NCBI GenBank assembly: GCA_037440005.1
Contig: JBBIUY010000025.1
Coordinates: 1 to 43,893 of the forward strand
Direction: 5' to 3'
Origin: Armatimonadota bacterium
Lineage (GTDB): Bacteria > Sysuimicrobiota > Sysuimicrobiia > Sysuimicrobiales > Kaftiobacteriaceae
Length of the DNA stretch: 43,893 nt
In this document: one piece after another, positions 1-10,301 of the stretch
How positions within the stretch are numbered: position 1 is the stretch's first letter
Layout: the number at the start of each line of letters is the position of its first letter
Program-made: the position numbers and the translations under genes
Notes under the pieces: model-generated
The model's database searches: none
Told to the model about the DNA's origin: nothing
The model's input: only the letters and a program-made list of their open reading frames with translations

Positions 1-2259
<2,259 letters not shown>

Positions 2260-2296
2260 AGCCGCTCCCTCCGGACCGGACAAAAGATCGGAAGGG

Positions 2297-2305
2297 ATTA
2301 TAGCA
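2297..2305 (-). promoter_or_regulatory. Extended -10 promoter element (TGcTATAAT) for hppA
   Basis: Perfect TATAAT with TG extension about 40 nt upstream of the start, in very GC-rich DNA; no clear -35. Confidence 0.65.
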
Positions 2306-2397
2306 GATCCCGGCGGGCCGGAGCCGGTGGACGAGGCGGCAGATCTGACAGGGGATCGCGCCGGTCGCTGCGCTCAAGGACCTCCGGAGAGGTCGCG

Positions 2398-2595
2398 CTA
2401 GGTGGAATCCTTCTCGCGGCCCGCCGGCCCCGGCGGACGGTGGTCGTCGTCTTCCATCGCCCGGCGGAACTCCCGGACGGCGCGCCCCACGGCGCCCCCG
2501 ACCTCAGCCAGCCGGTGGGGACCGAAGACCAGCAGGGCGACCACCAGGATGACAATCAGTTCCGGCCACCCGACGTTGGGCAGCACGGACACCAC
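2398..2595 (-). CDS. tatA: Twin-arginine translocase TatA/TatB-family subunit
   Basis: 65 aa; GWPELIVILVVALLVFGP followed by an amphipathic helix (LAEVGGAVGRAVREFRR); GAAGGAGG RBS. Confidence 0.9.
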   Translation of the reverse strand: MVSVLPNVGWPELIVILVVALLVFGPHRLAEVGGAVGRAVREFRRAMEDDDHRPPGPAGREKDST

Positions 2596-2607
2596 CTCCT
2601 TCGGCGT

Positions 2608-3654
2608 TCACAGTCCCCTGACCAAGTCGGCCAGCCAGGCGAGCAGGTGGTCCCACAGGCGGGGCGCGGCCGCCACTCCCGACCGGCCGGCGGCCGCCAC
2701 CAGGGCGGAGGGGGAAATCTCTCCCACCGCGGTCAGCAGACGTCCGCCGTGGGCCCAGTGGACCAGGGTCCGCAGGCCCAGGGACTGCACCCACACGACC
2801 CCGCCGGCGGTCCGCACGGGACGGCTGTCCCGGGGCGGCCGAGCAATCCGCCCGGCCCGCTGGTACACCACCAGGGTGGCGACCCCATCGGAGTACACGG
2901 CCTGCAGCACCGGTCCCGACGCGTCGGACAGGTACGTCCCTACCAGGTAGAATCCGTCGGGCACCGACACGGCCAGAACAGGTCCGCCCAGCGCCCGCGC
3001 GGCATCCTCGGGAGTCACCGCACGCACGGCCGGTCCGGCGGTCAGGCGCAGATCGGCCGGAGGCCCGGCGCCTGCCCGCCATCCCCTCGGCCGGAGGTCA
3101 AAGGACACAAACGCGGTCAGCTCGCCCAGCAGACCCCCGGGGGCCAGACGCTCGGAGCGCAGGACCACGCCGGTCCGGTCGTCCACGACCATCCGGCGCT
3201 CCGGGCGGTCCCCGCGGACCGGCCGCAGGCGCACCTCGGTGGCGGGCCGGCCCAGCCAGGTCGCCGGGCGCGTCTCCGCCCGGTAGTTCTCGGCCAGCCA
3301 GGTGAGGTGTCCGTCGCCCAGCTCGTCGTCCGGCCCGACCGGCGCCGCCGTCCGGACGCCCGTGCGGCGCGCGGGGTCGTAGCGGACCTGCTCCCGCCCC
3401 TTCTGCAGGACCACCCACCCCAGCGGAGCCCCCACCGGACGGTACTCCAGGCGCGTCCACCCGTCCGGGTCGTGCTCCACCCGCACCAGGACCGTGCGGA
3501 CCGCCCGTCCGGTCCACGTGGCGACGATCTGCTCGCCCGCATAGGCCACCTCCCGGGACGCCAGCACCGCCCGCTGCAGCGCCGGGGGCACCGCCGCCGC
3601 CTGGGGCGGAGCTGCCGCCACCGCCGCCACCAGCAGAGCCCACGCCGGCCGCAC
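2608..3654 (-). CDS. Exported MucB/RseB-like (LolA-fold) sigma-factor regulatory protein
   Basis: N-terminal signal peptide; YAGEQIV near the N-terminus, VDDRTGVVLRSE, and C-terminal YSDGVATLVVY and AVGEI segments resemble RseB/MucB; directly after the anti-sigma gene. Confidence 0.75.
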   Translation of the reverse strand: MRPAWALLVAAVAAAPPQAAAVPPALQRAVLASREVAYAGEQIVATWTGRAVRTVLVRVEHDPDGWTRLEYRPVGAPLGWVVLQKGREQVRYDPARRTGVRTAAPVGPDDELGDGHLTWLAENYRAETRPATWLGRPATEVRLRPVRGDRPERRMVVDDRTGVVLRSERLAPGGLLGELTAFVSFDLRPRGWRAGAGPPADLRLTAGPAVRAVTPEDAARALGGPVLAVSVPDGFYLVGTYLSDASGPVLQAVYSDGVATLVVYQRAGRIARPPRDSRPVRTAGGVVWVQSLGLRTLVHWAHGGRLLTAVGEISPSALVAAAGRSGVAAAPRLWDHLLAWLADLVRGL

Positions 3655-3660
3655 GGCGGC

Positions 3661-4116
3661 TCACCACCCCTGGGGAAAGGAGGGCCGGTGGACCTCGTCG
3701 GGCAGCATCCCCAGGTACGCCAGGGTGAGATCGGCCATGGGATGGGCGGCGGCGAACGCGGCATGCTGGTGGAAGTACCACGCGCCCGCGGACCGGTCGC
3801 TGTCGGGGGCGGGCGGGATCCGCACCTGAAAGAGCAGCCAACCTGCCACCGCCGCGGTCGCCGCGGCCACCAACCACGGGCGGCGCCGACCGCGGGAGGA
3901 GGAGAGGGCCTCCAGCCTGGCGAGAGTGCGCGGAAGCAACGAGGGAGGGGGGGCGCGATGGGGAACCGCACGCAGCAGGCTCCTCACCGCCTGGAGATCG
4001 TCCAGGATCCCCCGGCATTCCGCGCACTCCGCCAGGTGGGCGGCCACCGCGGCCGCCTCCTCCGGCGTCAGCGTGCCGTCCAGGTACCCGGAGAGGCGGT
4101 CGGAGAGGTGGCGCAT
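3661..4116 (-). CDS. Zinc-binding (ZAS/zf-HC2) transmembrane anti-sigma factor
   Basis: LSGYLDG...HLAECAEC (HxxxCxxC), one TM helix; ATG 4116 overlaps the sigma stop (TGATG). Confidence 0.88.
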   Translation of the reverse strand: MRHLSDRLSGYLDGTLTPEEAAAVAAHLAECAECRGILDDLQAVRSLLRAVPHRAPPPSLLPRTLARLEALSSSRGRRRPWLVAAATAAVAGWLLFQVRIPPAPDSDRSAGAWYFHQHAAFAAAHPMADLTLAYLGMLPDEVHRPSFPQGW

Positions 4117-4709
4117 CAGAGGTCGCCCCGCTTCATGGCGTCCACATAAGGCCGCAACCACTCCCGCAGCGCCAGCCGGGCGCGGTGCAGCCGCGACCGC
4201 ACCGTCCCCACCGGGCAGCGCAGGATCGCGGCGGCCTCCTCGTAGGACAGGCCCTGCAGGTCCACCAGCGCCACCACGGCGCGAAACGGCGGCGGCAGCA
4301 GCTGCAAGGCCCGCAGCACCGGGCCGTCCAGCAGGCCGTCGGCAACCGCCGCGGGGTCCGCGCCGGCGCCGACCGCGTCCGCCGGCAGGTCGTCCAGGGA
4401 AAACACCCGCCGCCGGCGGTTCTTGCGCACGTGGTCCAGGTAGGAGTTGTGGATGATGCGAAACAACCAGCTGTCAAAGCGCGTGCCGGGCTGGAAGCGG
4501 GGAAACGCCCGCAGGGCCTCTTCGGCGGCCTGCTGGAGCAGGTCCTCGCTGTCCGAGCGGTCGCCGGTGAGGTAGTAGGCGAACCGAAAGGCGCGGTCCC
4601 AGCACGCGGCCAGCAGGTCCGCAAACTGCTCCCTGGACGTCTCCCGGCCCGCCGCCACGGAGTCGCCTGCGGTCAGCGGCGCCGCCAGCTCCACGCGCAC
4701 ATCCGACAT
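4116..4709 (-). CDS. ECF sigma-70 family sigma factor
   Basis: Region 2 (SEDLLQQ...FDSWLFRIIHN) and region 4 (GLSYEEAAAILRCPVGTVRSRLHRAR). Start uncertain; ATG 4709 chosen. Confidence 0.92.
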   Translation of the reverse strand: MSDVRVELAAPLTAGDSVAAGRETSREQFADLLAACWDRAFRFAYYLTGDRSDSEDLLQQAAEEALRAFPRFQPGTRFDSWLFRIIHNSYLDHVRKNRRRRVFSLDDLPADAVGAGADPAAVADGLLDGPVLRALQLLPPPFRAVVALVDLQGLSYEEAAAILRCPVGTVRSRLHRARLALREWLRPYVDAMKRGDL

Positions 4710-4758
4710 GGCCCGCGAAGCGGGACGCCGTCCGGCGTCCCGCCTCCGTCCCACCCGG

Positions 4759-5124
4759 TCACTGCAGGATCGTCACGGTGGTCGCCTGGTAGGTGACCGT
4801 CTTCCCGCTGCGCACCACCGTTCCTGCCACCTCCACCGTCTCGCCGGCCCGGAGGTCCTTGGCCGACGCCGCCTTGCCCGCCCGGAGGAACTTCGTCTTG
4901 GCGGTCTCCCGGATGCGGATCCGGGCGTTGACCTTCAGGCCCCCCGCCGTCACCTTGAGCACCTGCACCTGCAGCCAGCCCGCCCCCACCTGCAGGACCT
5001 TCGCCTGGACGGTGAACGGGGCCGGCGCGGCCGCCTGCGACGGCGCCGGAGTTCCGGCCGACGCCGCGGCCGCCACCAGCGCCACCGCGGCGGCACCCAG
5101 AACGATGCTGCGGATCATGGGCAT
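4759..5124 (-). CDS. Small basic secreted beta-rich protein (possible OB-fold, DUF5666-like)
   Basis: GAGGAGG RBS before ATG 5124; signal peptide, Ala/Pro linker, then TKFLRAGKAASAKDLRAGETVEVAG pattern. Confidence 0.65.
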   Translation of the reverse strand: MPMIRSIVLGAAAVALVAAAASAGTPAPSQAAAPAPFTVQAKVLQVGAGWLQVQVLKVTAGGLKVNARIRIRETAKTKFLRAGKAASAKDLRAGETVEVAGTVVRSGKTVTYQATTVTILQ

Positions 5125-5231
5125 CCCTCCTCGTGTCCGCACTCCACCCATGACAGCGCCGCAGCCGCCGCGGCGGTTCCCCGTGTCCGCGCTGCGCCGG
5201 GGGCTCGCAGGGCGTCGGGTCGGGGGGAGAG

Positions 5232-5237
5232 TATAAT
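5232..5237 (+). promoter_or_regulatory. -10 element TATAAT for the methyltransferase operon
   Basis: Perfect TATAAT 12 nt before ATG 5250; no clear -35. Confidence 0.5.
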
Positions 5238-5249
5238 GAGCGTGACCCC

Positions 5250-5861
5250 ATGATCGCCGCGGCGGTCACCGACCTGGGATACCTCCTGCTGGGCCTGGCG
5301 GACAGTCCCGCCGCCCATGCCCTGGCGGGACGGTGGAGCCGGCGCCGCTACGCCCGCCTGGCGCCGGGCTACGAGGCGTACGTCGCCCGCCACCCGGCCT
5401 ACGGAGACGCCCTGGAAGACGCCCTGTCGGCGGTGGACGCGCGTCCGCGCCGGATCCTGGACGCGGGCGCCGGCACCGGGTTTGCGGCGTCGATCCTGAC
5501 ACGCCGCTTTCCGTCCGCACACGTCGTCGCCTGCGACCTGTCGGTGCCCATGCTGGCCCACGCCCGCAGGCGAGTTCCCGGCGTCCCGGTGGTCTGCGCC
5601 GACGCCGGCCGTCTGCCCTTCAGGACCGGCGTGTTCGACCTGGTGGTGGTGCACAATGCGCCGCCGCATCCGGGGGAGCTGGCCCGGGTCCTCTCGAACG
5701 GGGGCTGGCTGGTGGCCGCCTTCAGCGCCGCGGGCACCCTTCCACGCTTCCTCCACGCCGCCGTGGTCCGGCGCCTGCGGCGCCGGGGGCTGGACCTGGT
5801 GCGCCAGCGGAGGGTCGGCTCGGGGTGGTCCGTCATCGCCCGCCGGGCCGGAGGGAGCTGA
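5250..5861 (+). CDS. Class I SAM-dependent methyltransferase
   Basis: ILDAGAGTG (motif I), CDLSVPML, DAGRLPF...FDLV; stop overlaps next ATG (TGATG). Confidence 0.85.
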   Translation: MIAAAVTDLGYLLLGLADSPAAHALAGRWSRRRYARLAPGYEAYVARHPAYGDALEDALSAVDARPRRILDAGAGTGFAASILTRRFPSAHVVACDLSVPMLAHARRRVPGVPVVCADAGRLPFRTGVFDLVVVHNAPPHPGELARVLSNGGWLVAAFSAAGTLPRFLHAAVVRRLRRRGLDLVRQRRVGSGWSVIARRAGGS

Positions 5862-7429
5862 TGCCGGCCTCGGTGGTCATCGCCGCCCTCAACGAGGAGC
5901 CCACCATCGCCGGCGTCGTCCGGGAGGCCCGCCGCGCCTCCTGCGTGGCGGAGGCGATCGTGGTGTCCGACGGGTCCACCGACGCCACCGCCCGGGCCGC
6001 CCGGCGGGCGGGCGCCGACGTGGTGGTGGAGCTCCCCCGCACCGTGGGCAAGGCAGGGGCGGTACTGGCGGGAGCCGCCCGGGCGCGCCACCCGGTCACC
6101 GTCCTGCTGGACGCCGACCTGCTGGGACTGCGCCCGGACCACGTGGACGCCCTGGCCGGCCCGGTGCTGGCCGGGGAGGCTGACATGGTGGTGGGCACCC
6201 TGGGCGGCGACAGGCTGCAGGCGGTGCTGCCCGGCCTGAGCGGCCAGCGGGCGCTCCCCACCCGGGTCCTGCTGACGCACCCGCACCTGCAGCGGGTGGG
6301 GTTCGGGCTGGAACGCTCCCTCAACGGGCTGGCGCGCCGGTGCCGGTGGCGGGTGAGGGAGGTGTGCCTGGACGGGCTGACCCACCGGCGCAAGGAAGAC
6401 AAATACGGCCTGGTGCGGGGCTACCGGGCGAAGCTCCGGGCGGTGGAGGAGATCGCGCTGCCGTCTCCGGTGGCGCGCCGCGCGACCACGGCGCACCGGG
6501 TGGGCGTGGTGGCGGTGGTGGTGGCGATGGTGCACATCCTCTCGGGACTGTTCGCCGGCCCCACGTCGGCGGCGCACCTGGGCCAGGTGCCCGATCCCCG
6601 GCCTGACGACCGGATCCTGGTGGTGGCGGCCCACAACGACGACGAGACGCTGGCGGCGGGCGGGTACCTGGCCGCCGCGACCCGGGCGGGAGCCGCCGTC
6701 ACCGTGGTGATCGTCACCAACGGCGACGGCAACCGGCTGTCGGCCGCCGTGCTGGGCCGCCGGCTGCGCCCGCGGCCGGGGGACTACGTGCGGGAGGGAC
6801 GCCTCCGCCAGCGGGAGTCGCTGCTGGCCCTGCAGCACCTGGGTGTGCCCGCCTCCGCGGTGGCCTTTCTGGGCTTTCCCGACCGGGGCCTGGACCGACT
6901 GCTGACCGACCACTGGGACCGGAGCCGTCCGTACACGTCGCCGTTCACCGGAGCGTCGGCGTCGCCCTACGCCCACGCGTACCGCCCGGGAGCGCCGTAT
7001 ACGGGCGAGGACCTGCTGGACCTGCTGGTGGAGCTGACCGTGCGCGCCCGCCCCACGGTGGTCATCACCCACGCCCTGCTGGACGACCACCCCGACCACC
7101 AGGCGGTGCACACCTTCATGACCCTGGCCCTGGACCGCGCCGCCGCCGCGGGCCTGCCCCGGCCTCGCCGCTACGGGGTGCTCATCCACGCCCGCGACTT
7201 CCCGCGGCCGTTGCGGTACGCGCCCGCCCGCCCGCTGCTGCCTCCGCCGCGGCTGCGGGAGGCGGGGCGGTGGGCGTCGTACCCGCTGGCTTCGGACCTG
7301 CTGGCCGCCAAGCACCAGGCCCTGCAGGCCTACCGCAGCCAGTACGAGAGCCCCTACCTGCGGCTGCTGCTCGGCAGCTTCCAGCGGCGGAACGAACTGT
7401 TTCTGGAAGACTCCACGCCCGCCCGATGA
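5861..7429 (+). CDS. GT2 glycosyltransferase fused via a hydrophobic helix to a PIG-L family deacetylase
   Basis: 522 aa. N-half: VVIAALNEE, SDGSTD, GKAGA, LDADL (DXD), SGQRA. Middle: VGVVAVVVAMVHILSGLFAG. C-half: AHNDDE, VTNGD, LGFPD, DDHPDH, AYRSQ. Confidence 0.85.
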   Translation: MPASVVIAALNEEPTIAGVVREARRASCVAEAIVVSDGSTDATARAARRAGADVVVELPRTVGKAGAVLAGAARARHPVTVLLDADLLGLRPDHVDALAGPVLAGEADMVVGTLGGDRLQAVLPGLSGQRALPTRVLLTHPHLQRVGFGLERSLNGLARRCRWRVREVCLDGLTHRRKEDKYGLVRGYRAKLRAVEEIALPSPVARRATTAHRVGVVAVVVAMVHILSGLFAGPTSAAHLGQVPDPRPDDRILVVAAHNDDETLAAGGYLAAATRAGAAVTVVIVTNGDGNRLSAAVLGRRLRPRPGDYVREGRLRQRESLLALQHLGVPASAVAFLGFPDRGLDRLLTDHWDRSRPYTSPFTGASASPYAHAYRPGAPYTGEDLLDLLVELTVRARPTVVITHALLDDHPDHQAVHTFMTLALDRAAAAGLPRPRRYGVLIHARDFPRPLRYAPARPLLPPPRLREAGRWASYPLASDLLAAKHQALQAYRSQYESPYLRLLLGSFQRRNELFLEDSTPAR

Positions 7430-8340
7430 ACCGGCGGAATCCTGGTCTCCCGGGCGACCGCCGGGGACCCGCGCTGGTGGCATCCGCGGCGGTGCTGTGG
7501 GGCAGCCTGGGCATCGCGGGCCGGGTGGCCTTCCAGGCCGGCGTGCAGCCGCTGGAGGCGGCCTTCTACCGCGCGGCGATCGCCTTCGTGGTCCTGCTGG
7601 GGCTCACCGCCCGGACCCACCCGGGCGGGCTGCGCGTGCGGGCGGGAGACCTGCCGCTGTTCGCCGCCTACGGCCTGGTCAGTTTCGCCGCCTTCTTCTT
7701 CGTGTACCTGTACGCCATCCGGGAGACCTCGGTGGCGACGGCGGCCATCCTGCTGTACACCGCGCCGGCGTTCGTGGTCCTGCTGTCCGCGGCGCTGTTC
7801 CACGAACGTCTGACCGGGCGCACCCTGGCGGCGGTGGCCCTGGCGTTCGCCGGCTGCGTGCTGGTGGTGGGAGGGAGAGATCTCACGGCCCTGCGGGTGC
7901 CCCTGCCCGGAGCGCTGGCCGGCCTGGCGGCGGGGTTGACCTACGCGCTGTACAGCATCTTCGGCAAGATCGCCCTGTCCCGATACCCGCCGGCGCCCAC
8001 CCTCACCTACGCCCTAGGGTTCGGCACCCTGGCGCTGGGGACGGCGGCGCTCGCCACCGGGCAGGTCGGCCTCGGCCACCCGCCCCGGGCCTGGGCGGCC
8101 CTGGCGTACCTGGCGGTGGGAGCGACGGCGGCCCCGCAGCTGCTGTACCTGGCCGGACTGCGGTCCCTGCACGCCGGCCGCGCCAGTTTGATCGCCACCG
8201 TGGAGCCGGTGGTGGCCGCCGCCCTGGGCCTGCTGATCCTCAAAGAGCCCCTGCAGCCATCTCAGGTGGCCGGCGGACTGCTGGTCCTCAGCGCGGTGTG
8301 GCTGTCGCGGCCGAGGCGCCCGGCAGGCGGCGGAGGCTAG
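7426..8340 (+). CDS. DMT/EamA family transporter
   Basis: About 10 TM helices, LLYTAPAFV and EPVVAAALG motifs; ATGA overlap with upstream stop. Confidence 0.88.
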   Translation: MNRRNPGLPGDRRGPALVASAAVLWGSLGIAGRVAFQAGVQPLEAAFYRAAIAFVVLLGLTARTHPGGLRVRAGDLPLFAAYGLVSFAAFFFVYLYAIRETSVATAAILLYTAPAFVVLLSAALFHERLTGRTLAAVALAFAGCVLVVGGRDLTALRVPLPGALAGLAAGLTYALYSIFGKIALSRYPPAPTLTYALGFGTLALGTAALATGQVGLGHPPRAWAALAYLAVGATAAPQLLYLAGLRSLHAGRASLIATVEPVVAAALGLLILKEPLQPSQVAGGLLVLSAVWLSRPRRPAGGGG

Positions 8341-9535
8341 CGGCCAGCGCCGCCGTGCCCGCCGACAGCAGCGCGGCGCTGGCCACGAACGGGGCCCGGT
8401 GGCCGGCGACGTCCCACAGCAGACCGCCCAGCAACGGTCCCAGCACCAGCCCCAACCCTTCGGCCGTCTGGGACGCGCCCATGGCCAGGCCCACCCGGCC
8501 GGCCGGCGCCAGCTGGCTGACCAGCGCGTGGTAGGCGGGAGTGGCGACGGTGTACCCCACCCCGATCAGCACGGCGGCGGCCGCCAGGACCGCCAGGGAA
8601 GGAGGCAGCGTCAGCAGCCACAGTCCCGCCGCGCCGATCCCCATGCCCCACAGGACCGCGCGGCGCTTGCCCCACCGGTCGGCCAGCCGCCCCGCGGGCA
8701 CAGATGCCGCGGCCACCGACAGCACCAGCAGCAAGAACAGCGTGCCGATGGCGTGCTCGGACAGACCCACGGCACGGCGGGCGTAGATGGCCAAAATCGG
8801 CGCCAGCAGCCCGGCGCTGAACATCTGCACGAACGCCGCCCCCAGCAGCGCCACCAGCAGGGGCGACAGGCGCGCGCCGCTCACCACCTCGGCCAGCCGC
8901 GGGGCGGGCGCCATGCCGTGGTAGCCCACCACCGACGTGGCCGGAGGTCCGTCCGGCTGGGATCCGTCCCCGTCCAGTGCCACCAGGGCCAGCAGCGCCG
9001 CCGCCGCCAGCAGAGCGCTGGCCAGGTAGAATCCCCACCGGTACGAGCCCGCCAGGCCGGCGACGAACAGTCCCAGGGCGGGCCCGCAGGCCAGCCCGGC
9101 CAGAAACCCCATGTTCACCGCGCCCATGGCCGCGGCGCGCTGCCGGGGAGGCGTGACGTCGGCCACGATGGCGGTGGCGGCCGGCCACACCGCGGACGAC
9201 CCGATGCCGTCCACCAGCCGCAGGGGCACAAACCACAGGGGCCGGCGCAGGACCGCCATCAGCAGCGGTGCGGTGCTGCCCAGCAGCAGCCCCGCCACGA
9301 TCAGCGGGCGGCGGCCCAGGCGGTCGGCCACCGACCCCCAGGCGGTCTTGAAGACGGTCTCCACCAGGGCGAAGGCGGCCACCACCGCCCCCACCAGCCG
9401 CACGCTGGCCCCCAGCCGTTCGGTCAGGTGCAGGGGCAGCAGGGGGACCACCGTGGCGAAGCCCAGCTCGGTGAGGGCCACCACCAGCGTCACCCGGAGG
9501 ACGGTGCCCCGCGCCCTGTCCGGCGAGGACATCAC
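8288..9535 (-). CDS. MFS transporter (DHA1-like)
   Basis: Motif A twice (GSVADRLGRR, GRLADRWGKR), 12-TM pattern; start overlaps gatD stop. Confidence 0.9.
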   Translation of the reverse strand: MMSSPDRARGTVLRVTLVVALTELGFATVVPLLPLHLTERLGASVRLVGAVVAAFALVETVFKTAWGSVADRLGRRPLIVAGLLLGSTAPLLMAVLRRPLWFVPLRLVDGIGSSAVWPAATAIVADVTPPRQRAAAMGAVNMGFLAGLACGPALGLFVAGLAGSYRWGFYLASALLAAAALLALVALDGDGSQPDGPPATSVVGYHGMAPAPRLAEVVSGARLSPLLVALLGAAFVQMFSAGLLAPILAIYARRAVGLSEHAIGTLFLLLVLSVAAASVPAGRLADRWGKRRAVLWGMGIGAAGLWLLTLPPSLAVLAAAAVLIGVGYTVATPAYHALVSQLAPAGRVGLAMGASQTAEGLGLVLGPLLGGLLWDVAGHRAPFVASAALLSAGTAALAASLRRLPGASAATATPR

Positions 9536-10278
9536 CGCCGTCCGGCCGTCGCCCGGGCCGCCGCCGCTTCGTGGGCGGCGGCTTCCAGCCCGTCGTCCAG
9601 GGGAGCCAGGGCCACCTCCCCGTGCCGCACTCGCAGCGCCGCCCGGAGCAGGTGGTCGGCGAACGCCGGGTTCTTGGGCAGCAACGGTCCGTGGAGGTAG
9701 GTGCCGTATACGTGGCCGCGCACCGCGCCCTCGGTGCCGTCCTCGCCGTTGTTGCCGTAGCCGGCCACCACCCGCCCCAGCGGCGCGGCGCCCGGGCCCA
9801 GGTAGGTGCGGCCCCCGTGATTCTCAAACCCCACGAGGGTCATCCCTCCCGCCAGCGGGCTGCGGACGACCACGTTGCCGATGAGCCGCCGGGCCCGGGG
9901 GCCCGGGTGCACGGTGACCACGTCCAGCAGGCCCAGCCCCGGCAGGTCCTCGCCGACGGCCGGGCGGTAGTAGTGGCCCAGCAGCTGGTACCCCCCGCAC
10001 ACGGCCAGGACCACCGCGCCCCGCCCGGCGGCGTCGCGCAGGGCGTCGGCCTTGCGGGCCACCAAGTCGGCGGCCGCCAGGCGCTGCTGGCGGTCCTCGC
10101 CGCCGCCGATGAAGTACAGGTCGTGGCGCCCGGGGGGCAGCATGTCGCCGATGCCGACCGGATCCACCACAACCTCGATGCCCCGCCACCGCGCGCGGGC
10201 CGCCAGGGTCAGGAGGTTACCCCGGTCGCCGTACAGGTTGAGCAGGTCCGGATAGAGGTGGCAGATCCGCAAGTCCAT
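9532..10278 (-). CDS. gatD: CobQ-like glutamine amidotransferase, GatD subunit of lipid II isoglutaminyl synthase
   Basis: LNLYGDRGN, GGGED, AVCGGYQ (catalytic Cys), GFENHGG, YLHGP; next to murT. Confidence 0.9.
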   Translation of the reverse strand: MDLRICHLYPDLLNLYGDRGNLLTLAARARWRGIEVVVDPVGIGDMLPPGRHDLYFIGGGEDRQQRLAAADLVARKADALRDAAGRGAVVLAVCGGYQLLGHYYRPAVGEDLPGLGLLDVVTVHPGPRARRLIGNVVVRSPLAGGMTLVGFENHGGRTYLGPGAAPLGRVVAGYGNNGEDGTEGAVRGHVYGTYLHGPLLPKNPAFADHLLRAALRVRHGEVALAPLDDGLEAAAHEAAAARATAGRR

Positions 10279-10301
10279 GCCGGGACCACTATAGCAGCCG
10301 G

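Noticed and set aside
5151..5180. ECF autoregulatory promoter GGAAC...GTCA on the minus strand
   Set aside because: The 21-nt spacing is too long for the usual 16-17 nt.
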